A stretch of 64,000 bases of DNA from Deltaproteobacteria bacterium (GTDB lineage Bacteria > Myxococcota > Kuafuiibacteriia > Kuafuiibacteriales > Kuafuiibacteriaceae): NCBI GenBank assembly GCA_040218735.1, contig JAVJQW010000062.1, positions 288,001-352,000 on the forward strand. The letters are read 5' to 3'. Position 1 is the first letter of the stretch, and each line of letters opens with the position of its first letter. The notes beneath the pieces are model-generated. The model ran no database searches, had not been told where the DNA came from, and worked only from the letters and a program-made list of their open reading frames with translations. Shown here one piece after another: positions 1 to 8,156 of this stretch. The position numbers and the translations under genes are program-made.

Positions 1-252
1 GGTGGAGTGTTTGTCGACCTTCTTGCCGGGGATGTCGGCGAGGTCCATCACCCGGCCGGACTCGAGCATCGCGCGGACGAGCGCCGCGAGCTCGGCGCCG
101 CTCATCCCGCGGAAGAAGACGGCCATCGTGAACGCGGCCATCTGGTCGTCGCCCACGTCGCCCTTGGTGTAGGCGTCGATCAGCCACTCGATGGCGGCCT
201 CTTCCAGGCTGCCGCCGTCGCGTTTGGTGCGGATCAGATCCACGGCGCGCAT
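1..252 (-). CDS. pdp: Thymidine/pyrimidine-nucleoside phosphorylase, N-terminal part (runs off window edge)
   Basis: Hand translation from ATG at 252 (not in the ORF track): MRAVDLIRTKRDGGSLEEAAIEWLIDAYTKGDVGDDQMAAFTMAVFFRGM...KKVDKHST. This is the typical DeoA/Pdp N-terminus with the DKHST motif. Confidence 0.93.
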   Translation of the reverse strand, partial: MRAVDLIRTKRDGGSLEEAAIEWLIDAYTKGDVGDDQMAAFTMAVFFRGMSGAELAALVRAMLESGRVMDLADIPGKKVDKHST

Positions 253-304
253 CGTCCGCGTAATGGATCAGGTTCGCAGGGCGAGCGCAACCAGAACGCC
301 GCTA

Positions 305-1270
305 TCAGAAGCCCAGGTCGTCGTCTCCGCGCGCGACGCCGCGCTCCTGCCGGTACAGGATCCCCGCCAGATCGATCCCCACGATCGGCAAGCCCTCCGC
401 GAGGTCGATCGCGAGGAACAACGCGGGGCTCACGGGGCCGAAGTGGCCGCGAGCGCCGATGGTGAGCTGGACGGGCTGCGTGAGGTCGACCCCGGCGGCC
501 TCCCCCGTCACCGCGATCGTGTTCCCGAGCTGGAGGTAGGGCTCGATCGCCGACACCGGCTGCACCGCGAGATGCACGAGCCAGTGGAACATCATCAAGA
601 ACTCGGCGTCGCGCTGCGCCGTGAAGGCCGGCGCGAGGGAGAGCTCGACGAGGCCGGTGAACACGTTGACCGAGACCCCGGCCTGGAAGCGGGGGCGGAA
701 CGTCATCAGGCGCGTCACGTACAGCTCGGGATCGTAGCTGCGGATGCTGGCGATCGCGTGCATCGGATCCGTCGGCGCCTCGAGCGCGAAGCCGATCGCG
801 CGCGGCACTTCCGGGGCGGTCGGCGCGTAGACGTCGAACCCGAAGCCGAACGTGAGGTGCGGCCGGTTGCGGCTTCGTGGGTCGCCGGGGAGCGCCACGT
901 CGAAGCCGCCCGCCAACCCGAGCTTGAAGTTGCCGATGAAGAACTCGTTGACCCCGGGCTTCGGCGCGTAGGCCCCGAAGGGGAGCGCGGCGACGATCGC
1001 GAGGCCGTCGGTGAGCCGCAGCGCGGTGGACAGCTCGAACGCCCACCGCACCGTCTCGCGCTGGACGTCGACCGGATCCGAGAACGCCCCGCGCGTCGTG
1101 AGGTGGAAGCGTGAGTAGCCGTGCGGGTCGAGGGTGTCGACGCTGACGAACGGGGGACGCAGGCTCACCAGATCGTTCGCGCTACCGAACTCGAAATCCT
1201 GATCGGTTTGCGCGTAGGCCGAAGCCGACGCGCCGAGGAGGACTACCGCGAGGAGCGACGCGCGATGCAT
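305..1270 (-). CDS. Exported hypothetical protein, possible outer-membrane beta-barrel
   Basis: Signal peptide MHRASLLAVVLLGASASAYA, alternating hydrophobic beta-strand-like segments and a C-terminal Phe. Start trimmed from the 1381 ORF start, which overlaps deoC. Confidence 0.7.
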   Translation of the reverse strand: MHRASLLAVVLLGASASAYAQTDQDFEFGSANDLVSLRPPFVSVDTLDPHGYSRFHLTTRGAFSDPVDVQRETVRWAFELSTALRLTDGLAIVAALPFGAYAPKPGVNEFFIGNFKLGLAGGFDVALPGDPRSRNRPHLTFGFGFDVYAPTAPEVPRAIGFALEAPTDPMHAIASIRSYDPELYVTRLMTFRPRFQAGVSVNVFTGLVELSLAPAFTAQRDAEFLMMFHWLVHLAVQPVSAIEPYLQLGNTIAVTGEAAGVDLTQPVQLTIGARGHFGPVSPALFLAIDLAEGLPIVGIDLAGILYRQERGVARGDDDLGF

Positions 1271-1310
1271 CACGGACGGAGCATAACGCACCGCCTCGCG
1301 GAGCCAAGAA

Positions 1311-2186
1311 TCAGTACCCCTTGCCCCCGGTCTTGCACTGCACGATCGCGACAGAGCTGGAAGCCCCGATGCGGTTCGCACCCGCGGCGATCACCTTGTT
1401 GGCGTCTTCGATCGTCCGCACGCCGCCGCTCGCCTTGACCCCCAGCGCGTCGCCGACGACGTCGCGCATCAAGGCCACGTCCTCGGCCGTCGCGCCGCCG
1501 CCCGAGAACCCGGTCGACGTCTTCACGAACGCCGCGCCCGCCGCCGCGCTCAGCGTGCAGGCCATGATCTTCTCGGGGTCGGTCAGTTTGGACGTCTCGA
1601 TGATGACCTTCACCGGCGTACGTCCGGCGGCGTCGACTACGGCGCGGATGTCGTCGAGCACGTACTTGTGATCGCGCGACTTGAGGGCGCCGATGTTGAT
1701 CACCATGTCGATCTCACCCGCGCCGGCGCGGATCGCCTCGCGGGTCTCGAAGGCCTTCGCGCCCGGGGTCCCCGCGCCGAGCGGGAACCCGACGACCGCG
1801 ATCGCCTTTACGTTGGAGCCGGCGAGCAGCCCCGCGCAGTAGCGGACGTTGGCGCTGTTCACACAGACCGTCGCGAAGCCGAAGCGTTTGGCTTCGTCGC
1901 ACAGCACCTTCAGCTCGTCCTTCGTCGCCTCGGGCTTGAGCAGCGTGTGGTCGATCAGCGGCGCGACGTGGCCACACGGCGTCGCCTCGATCGGCCCGCT
2001 CGTCCCCACGCGCTTCGCGCCGAGGTTCACCGCGCCGATGACGGTGCGGGTGTCGCACTTGTCCGCGACCGCACACGACGCACACGGCGCCACGGGGCCG
2101 GCCATCGACGGGGACTGCTGCGCGATCTCCGCGCGCACGCGCTGGGTGATGATTTCGACGAGCCTGTCGACGTCGGTGTCCTTCAA
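1311..2186 (-). CDS. deoC: Deoxyribose-phosphate aldolase with N-terminal encapsulation-peptide-like extension
   Basis: [32 protein letters not shown] and VKASGGVR motifs, plus about 75 extra N-terminal residues. Confidence 0.96.
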   Translation of the reverse strand: MKDTDVDRLVEIITQRVRAEIAQQSPSMAGPVAPCASCAVADKCDTRTVIGAVNLGAKRVGTSGPIEATPCGHVAPLIDHTLLKPEATKDELKVLCDEAKRFGFATVCVNSANVRYCAGLLAGSNVKAIAVVGFPLGAGTPGAKAFETREAIRAGAGEIDMVINIGALKSRDHKYVLDDIRAVVDAAGRTPVKVIIETSKLTDPEKIMACTLSAAAGAAFVKTSTGFSGGGATAEDVALMRDVVGDALGVKASGGVRTIEDANKVIAAGANRIGASSSVAIVQCKTGGKGY

Positions 2187-2944
2187 GACTTCTCTCCTGC
2201 TAACGCCCGGCGGACCTCTTGCTCCACCACCGCACGCACGGCGTCCACGCCGGACGCGGCCGTGCTCACGGAAGCGGCCGTGCTCGCGGGCGCCGGCGAG
2301 CCGCGATGCAGGCCCGCCTTCTTCCTCAGTTCGGTCAGGTACGCGCGCTCGTCGTCCGCGAGCGGCGGCGGTGCTCCCACGCCTCCGCGCGCGATCGACA
2401 CGATGCGCGCGAAGTGCTCGACGAGCTCCACCCGAAGGTACGCGGTCTCCAGATCCGGGCCCACCGCGATGACGCCGTTGCCCGCCAAGAGCAACACGTC
2501 GGCGTGCGCGAACGCCGCACCGACCGCGCCGGCGGCCGCCGGATCCTTGGGGAGGAACCGCGGCACGAGCGGGATGTGCTCGCCGATCGAGACGAACACC
2601 TCGGGCATCGTCACCGGCCCCAGCGGGACCTCCGCGAGCGCAAACGCCGAAGCGTGCGGCGGGTGCGCGTGGATGATGGCCTTCGCGTCCTCGCGCGCCG
2701 CGTAGGCGCCGACGTGCAGCGCGACTTCACTCGGCGGACGACCGCGCGAGGTCGGCTTTCCGGCGGCGTTGCACGCGACGATCGTGTCCGGCGTGCAGAC
2801 CCGCTTGCTGACGGCGGTCGGCGTGATCAGGAAGCCGTCGCGCGACCGCAGTGACACGTTGCCGTCGTGGTTCGCCACGAACCCCTGCGCGTGCAGGAGC
2901 AGGCTGTACTCGGACACCTCGCGGCGCTGCTTGAGATCGTTCAC
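2183..2944 (-). CDS. Class II aldolase/adducin family (FucA-like) with C-terminal encapsulation-peptide-like helix
   Basis: GNVS, ITPT, PSEVALH and IIHAHPP motifs. An Ala/Ser linker precedes [16 protein letters not shown]. Confidence 0.92.
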   Translation of the reverse strand: MNDLKQRREVSEYSLLLHAQGFVANHDGNVSLRSRDGFLITPTAVSKRVCTPDTIVACNAAGKPTSRGRPPSEVALHVGAYAAREDAKAIIHAHPPHASAFALAEVPLGPVTMPEVFVSIGEHIPLVPRFLPKDPAAAGAVGAAFAHADVLLLAGNGVIAVGPDLETAYLRVELVEHFARIVSIARGGVGAPPPLADDERAYLTELRKKAGLHRGSPAPASTAASVSTAASGVDAVRAVVEQEVRRALAGEKS

Positions 2945-3231
2945 CGGGTCACCCCCGGGACATCGACGGTGTCGACGATGCCGACGATCGTCTCCAGGAT
3001 CGGGAGCGTCGCCGTCAGGTCCCCCACGAGGATCTGCCGCACGCCGTTGCCCTCCTTGAGGACGAGCACCGTGTCGCCGATACCGGCCTGCGCGTTGTCG
3101 ACCGCGATGATCTCGTCACCGCGATCCTTGCCGCGCTCGTCGATCGGCTGCACGAGCATCAGCTTGTAACCGACGTAACCCGGGTGTTTGGCCGAGGCGA
3201 CGACCGTGCCGACGACGCGACCGAGGATCAT
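2941..3231 (-). CDS. BMC vertex (pentamer) protein, EutN/CcmL family
   Basis: MILGRVVGTVVAS..K, KLMLVQP, AVDNAQAGIGD and IVGIVD motifs; 96 aa. Confidence 0.96.
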   Translation of the reverse strand: MILGRVVGTVVASAKHPGYVGYKLMLVQPIDERGKDRGDEIIAVDNAQAGIGDTVLVLKEGNGVRQILVGDLTATLPILETIVGIVDTVDVPGVTR

Positions 3232-3506
3232 CGCCCCGCCTCGCGATCGACCTGGTCGACGATGCCCACGATCGCGGCGTCGACGGGCACGAACCGCACC
3301 GGCGTCGCGTGGGAGGCCTCGCGCGCGCTCACGCAGTAGACGTGGTCCCCGACCCCGGCCTGCGCGGCGTCACACGCGACGATCGGCGGCGCGTCCTTCG
3401 CGTTGCCCTGGCTGTCGAGCGCCTCGACGAGGAGGAGCTTCACCCCCTCCAGGCCTTCGTACTTCACGGACGCGACGACCGTGCCGATGACCCGCGCCAG
3501 GAACAC
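3228..3506 (-). CDS. BMC vertex (pentamer) protein, EutN/CcmL family
   Basis: MFLARVIGTVVASVK, KLLLV, ACDAAQAGVGD and PVDAAIVGIVD motifs; 92 aa. Confidence 0.96.
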   Translation of the reverse strand: MFLARVIGTVVASVKYEGLEGVKLLLVEALDSQGNAKDAPPIVACDAAQAGVGDHVYCVSAREASHATPVRFVPVDAAIVGIVDQVDREAGR

Positions 3507-3541
3507 GCCCGCGTCCTAACGCGAAAACGGCGGCCGGTCAT

Positions 3542-6274
3542 CTACAGACCGAGGCCCATGGCGGTCCACACCGCCAGGAGGCGCTCCGAGAGGGCGTAAC
3601 GCGTCAACGCGAGGCCCCGCGCCGTCCTCGGGCCGACCTCCGCGAGGGCCAGCGCCGGGTCCTGGACGGCAATGAGCCCCGCGCGGTCCAACGCCATGAC
3701 CGCGGCCGGTGGCGCCTCGTCCTCCTCCGGCGCAAAGCTCAGCCCCGCGAGCAGGCGCGGATCGGTGAGGGCCGCGAAGCTGCGCGCGAGGTCGAACCGC
3801 AGACGACGGGGGTACGCGAGCAGCGCCGACGGCACCGCAGCCCACCGTGGGGGCGTGCTCCGGACCCGGACGTCGTCGGCGATACGAATGTCGATGTCCC
3901 GCCCTTCGAACGCGGTCCGCACCGCGTCGACCGCCTCGAGCGCACCCGCCGACAGCTCGGCGAGCGGCGGGGCCTCGTCGGCCTCCGTGGGGAGCGCCGG
4001 CGCTTCGAGGCGGTCCTCGAGATCGTCGATCCACCCCGGCGGCACCGGCGCCCGCGGGGTCGGCTCGAGCTCGTGCCGATGCGCTTCGTAGGTCATGCGG
4101 TCCGCGGCGTCGTCCACGCTCCGGGCGACGAGCACCGCAGAAGCGAGGAACGCACCGATCCGATCCTGCCGCTCCACACACGCCATCCGCACGCACCGCA
4201 GCGCCTCGTCGACGAGCACGTGGTCCGCGAAGCGCGTCGACAGCTCGAACGCCGTCTTCGCCGCTTCGATGTCGCCGGGGTCCACCGACAACGCGGCGCG
4301 GAGGAGCCGCACCCCCGTGCCTCCGTCCCCGCGATCCACGGCCCGCCGCGCGAGCGCGATGCGCAGGACGTTCGTCGAGGGCTCTTCGAAGCGCTCCGCG
4401 AGCGCCTGCGCGCGGTCCTCGTCGACCACGTCGACCAGCGCCGCCGCGACCTCGGCGTCGTCGGGGTCCTCGGCGCACACCCCTTCGAGGAACCGCGCGG
4501 CGACCTCGGTCCGGCCGACCGCGTACGCCGCGAGCCCGACGTCGCGCCGCACCTCGAGCTCGGCTTCGGCGGTCACGTCGAGCAACCCGTCGCACCATGG
4601 TCCACCCACGCGCGCGAGCGCGGCCGCCTCACACGTGAGCGCGGCGCGTAGCGCATCGTCGTTGGCGACCTCCCAGGCGCTGATCAGCGCGCGCTCCGCG
4701 GCGGTGAAGTCACCACCGACCCGCGCCAGGCGCGCCAGCGGCAACCCGACGTCCGCACGAAGCTCCACACCGACGCCATCGAGCCCTGCGCTCGCCTCCA
4801 CGAACCGGCCCTGGCGCACGAGGCCCAGCACGGCCTCCGCGCCCAGGCTCCCGGAGGCGTCCAGCAGGGTCGGGGCGCCGAACGCGTCCTCTTCGGTCGA
4901 CGGTGCGAAGGCCGCATCATGGAGCGTCGGCGCGTCGAACGGGCTCGCCTTCGGATCGAGCAGGGTCGGCGCATCGAAGCCCGACTCGGGCTCCGTCGGG
5001 ACGTCGGCCAACGGCGACCGCGAATCGGGTTGGGTGTCGGGGCCACGCGCGAGCATCGCCTTCGCCTCGCGCTCCACGACGCGCGCGCCCTCCGAGTCCC
5101 CCACGTCCTCGCGGAGCACCCGTGCCAGGCGCATCAGGATCGCGCCGCGGTCCGGCCCGGGCAGCCAGGTGTGCGAAGCGCCGGCCGCCAGCACGCGCGC
5201 GAGGAGGCGCGGCGCGTCGAGGGTCTTCGCGAGCCGCTCCGAAGCCGCGAGCGTCTCTTCGAGTGAGTCCTTGTAGATCGCGTTGCGGACCAGCTCGACG
5301 AGGACGCGAATGCGACGCGGTCCGTCCGTCACGTGCTCGGACAACGCGAGCAAACCGTCGGGCCCCGCCGCCGCGGCGCGACGCTCCAGCGCACGCGCGA
5401 GCCCCTCTTCGTCACCGCTGGCACGCACCACACGGACCATCGCTTCGAAGTACGTGATCTGCTGCGGCGCATCCGCGAACGCCGCAGCGCGCACGCGATC
5501 CGCGGCCGTGGGATCCTGCGCACCGTCCGCACCGCTCGCGATCTCGTCGAGCAGCGCGACGCGCCGGGGGATCGACATCCACGGCAGCACCCGCGCCGCG
5601 ACGTCGTACAGCCCCTTCGAGAGGCCGAGCTCGATCGCCTTCTCGACCAGGCTCTGGTCCAGGGGCGCCCGCGCACCGATCGCGTGACGCAGCTGCTCGA
5701 GGGCTTCGTCCGGATCGTCGTCGGTGGACGTCTCCTCGAACCGCAGCGGGCCGGTCTCGACCGCGCTCAGCTCGACCCGGCTCTTGCGCCCTTCCCGCTC
5801 CGCCGCGAGCCGATCGTCGATGCGATCCGCCGCCCGTTCCGCGTCGGCCGACAGCGGCGTGTGTGGCGAGAGTCGCGCCGCCTCCCGGTACAGACCGCGC
5901 GCCTCTGCGATGCGGCCGAGGTTCGTCGCGAGCACGTCCGCGCGCCGCACCACGAGGCGCGCGCGCGTCGCTTGTTTCTCGGTGGCGCGTGCGGCGAGCG
6001 CGAGGAGATCGGCGAGATCCTCGTGGGCCTCCATCCGCTGCGCGAGCGACAGCGCGCGTCCGATCGCGAGACGAGCGCCCGGCGCGTCCTTCAGGACTCG
6101 CCGCAGCAGCACCATCGCGGCGCGCGGGTCGTTCAGCTCGCTGTCGCGGATGTCCGCGGCGCGCACCAGCATCTCGACGCCGACATCACCGGCGAGCGCG
6201 ATGCCCGTCGCTTCCAGCTCTTCCGCGAGTCGACGCGACGCTTCGCGGTCGCGAGCGCCCTCCCCGTCCGCCAC
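3542..6274 (-). CDS. Large TPR-like alpha-helical repeat protein
   Basis: 910-aa Ala/Leu/Arg-rich helical protein with TPR-like units (e.g. EARGLYREAARLSP) and plausible coding composition. Confidence 0.7.
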   Translation of the reverse strand: MADGEGARDREASRRLAEELEATGIALAGDVGVEMLVRAADIRDSELNDPRAAMVLLRRVLKDAPGARLAIGRALSLAQRMEAHEDLADLLALAARATEKQATRARLVVRRADVLATNLGRIAEARGLYREAARLSPHTPLSADAERAADRIDDRLAAEREGRKSRVELSAVETGPLRFEETSTDDDPDEALEQLRHAIGARAPLDQSLVEKAIELGLSKGLYDVAARVLPWMSIPRRVALLDEIASGADGAQDPTAADRVRAAAFADAPQQITYFEAMVRVVRASGDEEGLARALERRAAAAGPDGLLALSEHVTDGPRRIRVLVELVRNAIYKDSLEETLAASERLAKTLDAPRLLARVLAAGASHTWLPGPDRGAILMRLARVLREDVGDSEGARVVEREAKAMLARGPDTQPDSRSPLADVPTEPESGFDAPTLLDPKASPFDAPTLHDAAFAPSTEEDAFGAPTLLDASGSLGAEAVLGLVRQGRFVEASAGLDGVGVELRADVGLPLARLARVGGDFTAAERALISAWEVANDDALRAALTCEAAALARVGGPWCDGLLDVTAEAELEVRRDVGLAAYAVGRTEVAARFLEGVCAEDPDDAEVAAALVDVVDEDRAQALAERFEEPSTNVLRIALARRAVDRGDGGTGVRLLRAALSVDPGDIEAAKTAFELSTRFADHVLVDEALRCVRMACVERQDRIGAFLASAVLVARSVDDAADRMTYEAHRHELEPTPRAPVPPGWIDDLEDRLEAPALPTEADEAPPLAELSAGALEAVDAVRTAFEGRDIDIRIADDVRVRSTPPRWAAVPSALLAYPRRLRFDLARSFAALTDPRLLAGLSFAPEEDEAPPAAVMALDRAGLIAVQDPALALAEVGPRTARGLALTRYALSERLLAVWTAMGLGL

Positions 6275-6301
6275 GGGCGGGAGGTTAACGAAGGTTGCGA
6301 C

Positions 6302-8056
6302 CTAATACGACTGCCGCTGCAGGATGAACGGCACGACGATCTGCTGCGCCGGCCCCTCGAACGTCGGGAAACGCCAGCCCTTGATCTTCTTCGCGATGCA
6401 GCTGCCCAGGCGACTCCCGGAGAATGCGGTCGTCGCGACGTCGACCTTCGAGACCTTGCCGCTCGACTCGACCGTCACTTCGAACTCGATCTTGCCGCCG
6501 AGGTTCTCCTGCGCGCGCAGCGACACCTCGAAGCACGTCGACACTGCGCCCTTGCGCGCCGCGATGACGCGGTTGATGTCGCTCTCGGTCAGCGCGCCCG
6601 CGCGATCCGGCGGCGCGACGTCCTCGATACCCGACCCCGGGAGCTGCGCGTCCTTCACGCCCGCGACACCCGCGGCGCCGCCCGTCCGCAGCGGGTCGTC
6701 GATCGCGATGCCTTCGGCTTCGCCGGCGCCGCGCGTCCCGCGGTCGAGGCCCGCGACGGCACCGTCTTCGATGTAGCCGCCCTCGGTCGTCTTCTTCTTC
6801 GTGGCCGTCGACTTCTTCTTCTTCACCACGCGCTTTTTGGGCTTCTTCCCCTCGAGGAGGTGCGCGTAGTTGCCGTCGTCCTCGTCGTCGACGAGCTCGT
6901 CCGAGTCCTCGCCATCCGCGTCCGCGCGCGCGAACGGGTTGCCGATCCCCGGGATGCTGATCTGGATGATCCCGTTGGCCCAGGCCCCGACGAACGCCGC
7001 GATGAGCAGCACCGCGACCCCGCCGATCATGAACCCGACCCGGTTGCGCTTGCGCTTCTCGTTGACGCCGGCCGCGGCCACGAAGAACCGCGTCGACTCG
7101 CGCACGACGTCCGGCTCGTCCTCGGCGCGCGGGACGTTCGCGAAGATGTCGTCTTCCTTCGCCTCGAACGCGAGGAGGTCTTCGATCGAAGGTGTGTGGT
7201 CATCGCCCGCGACCTTCGCGGACGCCACCGCCTGCGAGGCCCGCTCGGCGGCCTCGGGCTCGGCGCGGGTCGTCTGCCCCTCGCCCTCGATCCCGAGCGC
7301 CTCGTTCAGCACGACGTCGAGCTGCTCGGCGCGGTCGGTCTTGGTCGCCTCTTCCTCGACGGGCCCCAGCACGCCGGCCTGTTCGACCGCGGTCTGATCG
7401 TCGTCGGCGACGTCGTCGTCGATCGGAGTGGCGCCGAGCTGCCCGCGCGCGGCGCGCGCCGACGCCATGTCCACGACGTTGTCGGGATCCGAACGCGGCG
7501 CGGGTGCTTCGATGGAGACGGGCGGCGGGGGCGGCGGCTTCTTCTTCGGCGCCGTGATGTATTCGGCGAGATCCGCGACGTCGCGGACGCGCTGCCAGTT
7601 GTCCATCCCGTCGTGCCACACGTAGTGGCGGCCGATGACCTCGCGGTTCTTCAGCTTGCCGACGAGCTCGGCGAAGGCATACGGCCCGTGTTGCGCCCCG
7701 TCGATCGCGACGTACCATTCGACGCCGGCGATCTCGAGGTTGGCCGGCACCGGCGCGATGCTAGTGGGCATGTCGTCTGCTTCCGCGGAGCCTCGGTCCA
7801 TGGCGACGTCGTAGGCCGAGGCGAGCGCGGCCGAGCCGCCCACGCGGGCGACCTTACCGCTACGCTGGACCTCTCCTACCTTTTCCTCTTCGGCCACCGG
7901 GGCGACGGCTGTACCCCCTCCGGCGTCGCGGGCGAGCGATTCGCGGACCAGGATCTTCGAACCGCACTTCTTACAGCGGATGGTCAGGATCTTCCCTCGG
8001 ACCTTTTCGTCCGAGATCTGGTACTTCGTCCGGCAGCTCCCGCAGAGAAACTTCAT
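6302..8056 (-). CDS. GltJ/AgmX-like protein: zinc ribbon + GYF_2 + TM + AgmX/PglI (TonB_C-like) C-terminal domain
   Basis: MKFLCGSC...IRCKKC zinc ribbon, WYVAIDGAQHGPY...VWHDGMDNW GYF_2 domain, one TM segment, and C-terminal CFE...GKIEFEVTVESSGKV...CIAKKIKGWRFP. Confidence 0.88.
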   Translation of the reverse strand: MKFLCGSCRTKYQISDEKVRGKILTIRCKKCGSKILVRESLARDAGGGTAVAPVAEEEKVGEVQRSGKVARVGGSAALASAYDVAMDRGSAEADDMPTSIAPVPANLEIAGVEWYVAIDGAQHGPYAFAELVGKLKNREVIGRHYVWHDGMDNWQRVRDVADLAEYITAPKKKPPPPPPVSIEAPAPRSDPDNVVDMASARAARGQLGATPIDDDVADDDQTAVEQAGVLGPVEEEATKTDRAEQLDVVLNEALGIEGEGQTTRAEPEAAERASQAVASAKVAGDDHTPSIEDLLAFEAKEDDIFANVPRAEDEPDVVRESTRFFVAAAGVNEKRKRNRVGFMIGGVAVLLIAAFVGAWANGIIQISIPGIGNPFARADADGEDSDELVDDEDDGNYAHLLEGKKPKKRVVKKKKSTATKKKTTEGGYIEDGAVAGLDRGTRGAGEAEGIAIDDPLRTGGAAGVAGVKDAQLPGSGIEDVAPPDRAGALTESDINRVIAARKGAVSTCFEVSLRAQENLGGKIEFEVTVESSGKVSKVDVATTAFSGSRLGSCIAKKIKGWRFPTFEGPAQQIVVPFILQRQSY

Positions 8057-8156
8057 GCCCAATTCCCGGGGTGACCCCCCGCGCCTAGATGCGAAGGGGA
8101 GTGTACCAGATACGAACGGTCGGCGACGGTCACAATAGGCCGATCAGAGTCATCGA

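Noticed and set aside
2941-3506. Carboxysome, Eut or Pdu assignment for the EutN/CcmL genes
   Set aside because: No RuBisCO, ethanolamine ammonia-lyase or diol dehydratase genes are adjacent. The neighbours are aldolases and a nucleoside phosphorylase.
5333-8074. 913-aa plus-strand ORF (and similar long shadow ORFs such as 39781-42204, 19418-21826, 55928-58084)
   Set aside because: Arg/Ala-rich antisense or off-frame shadows of recognisable genes, expected in high-GC DNA.
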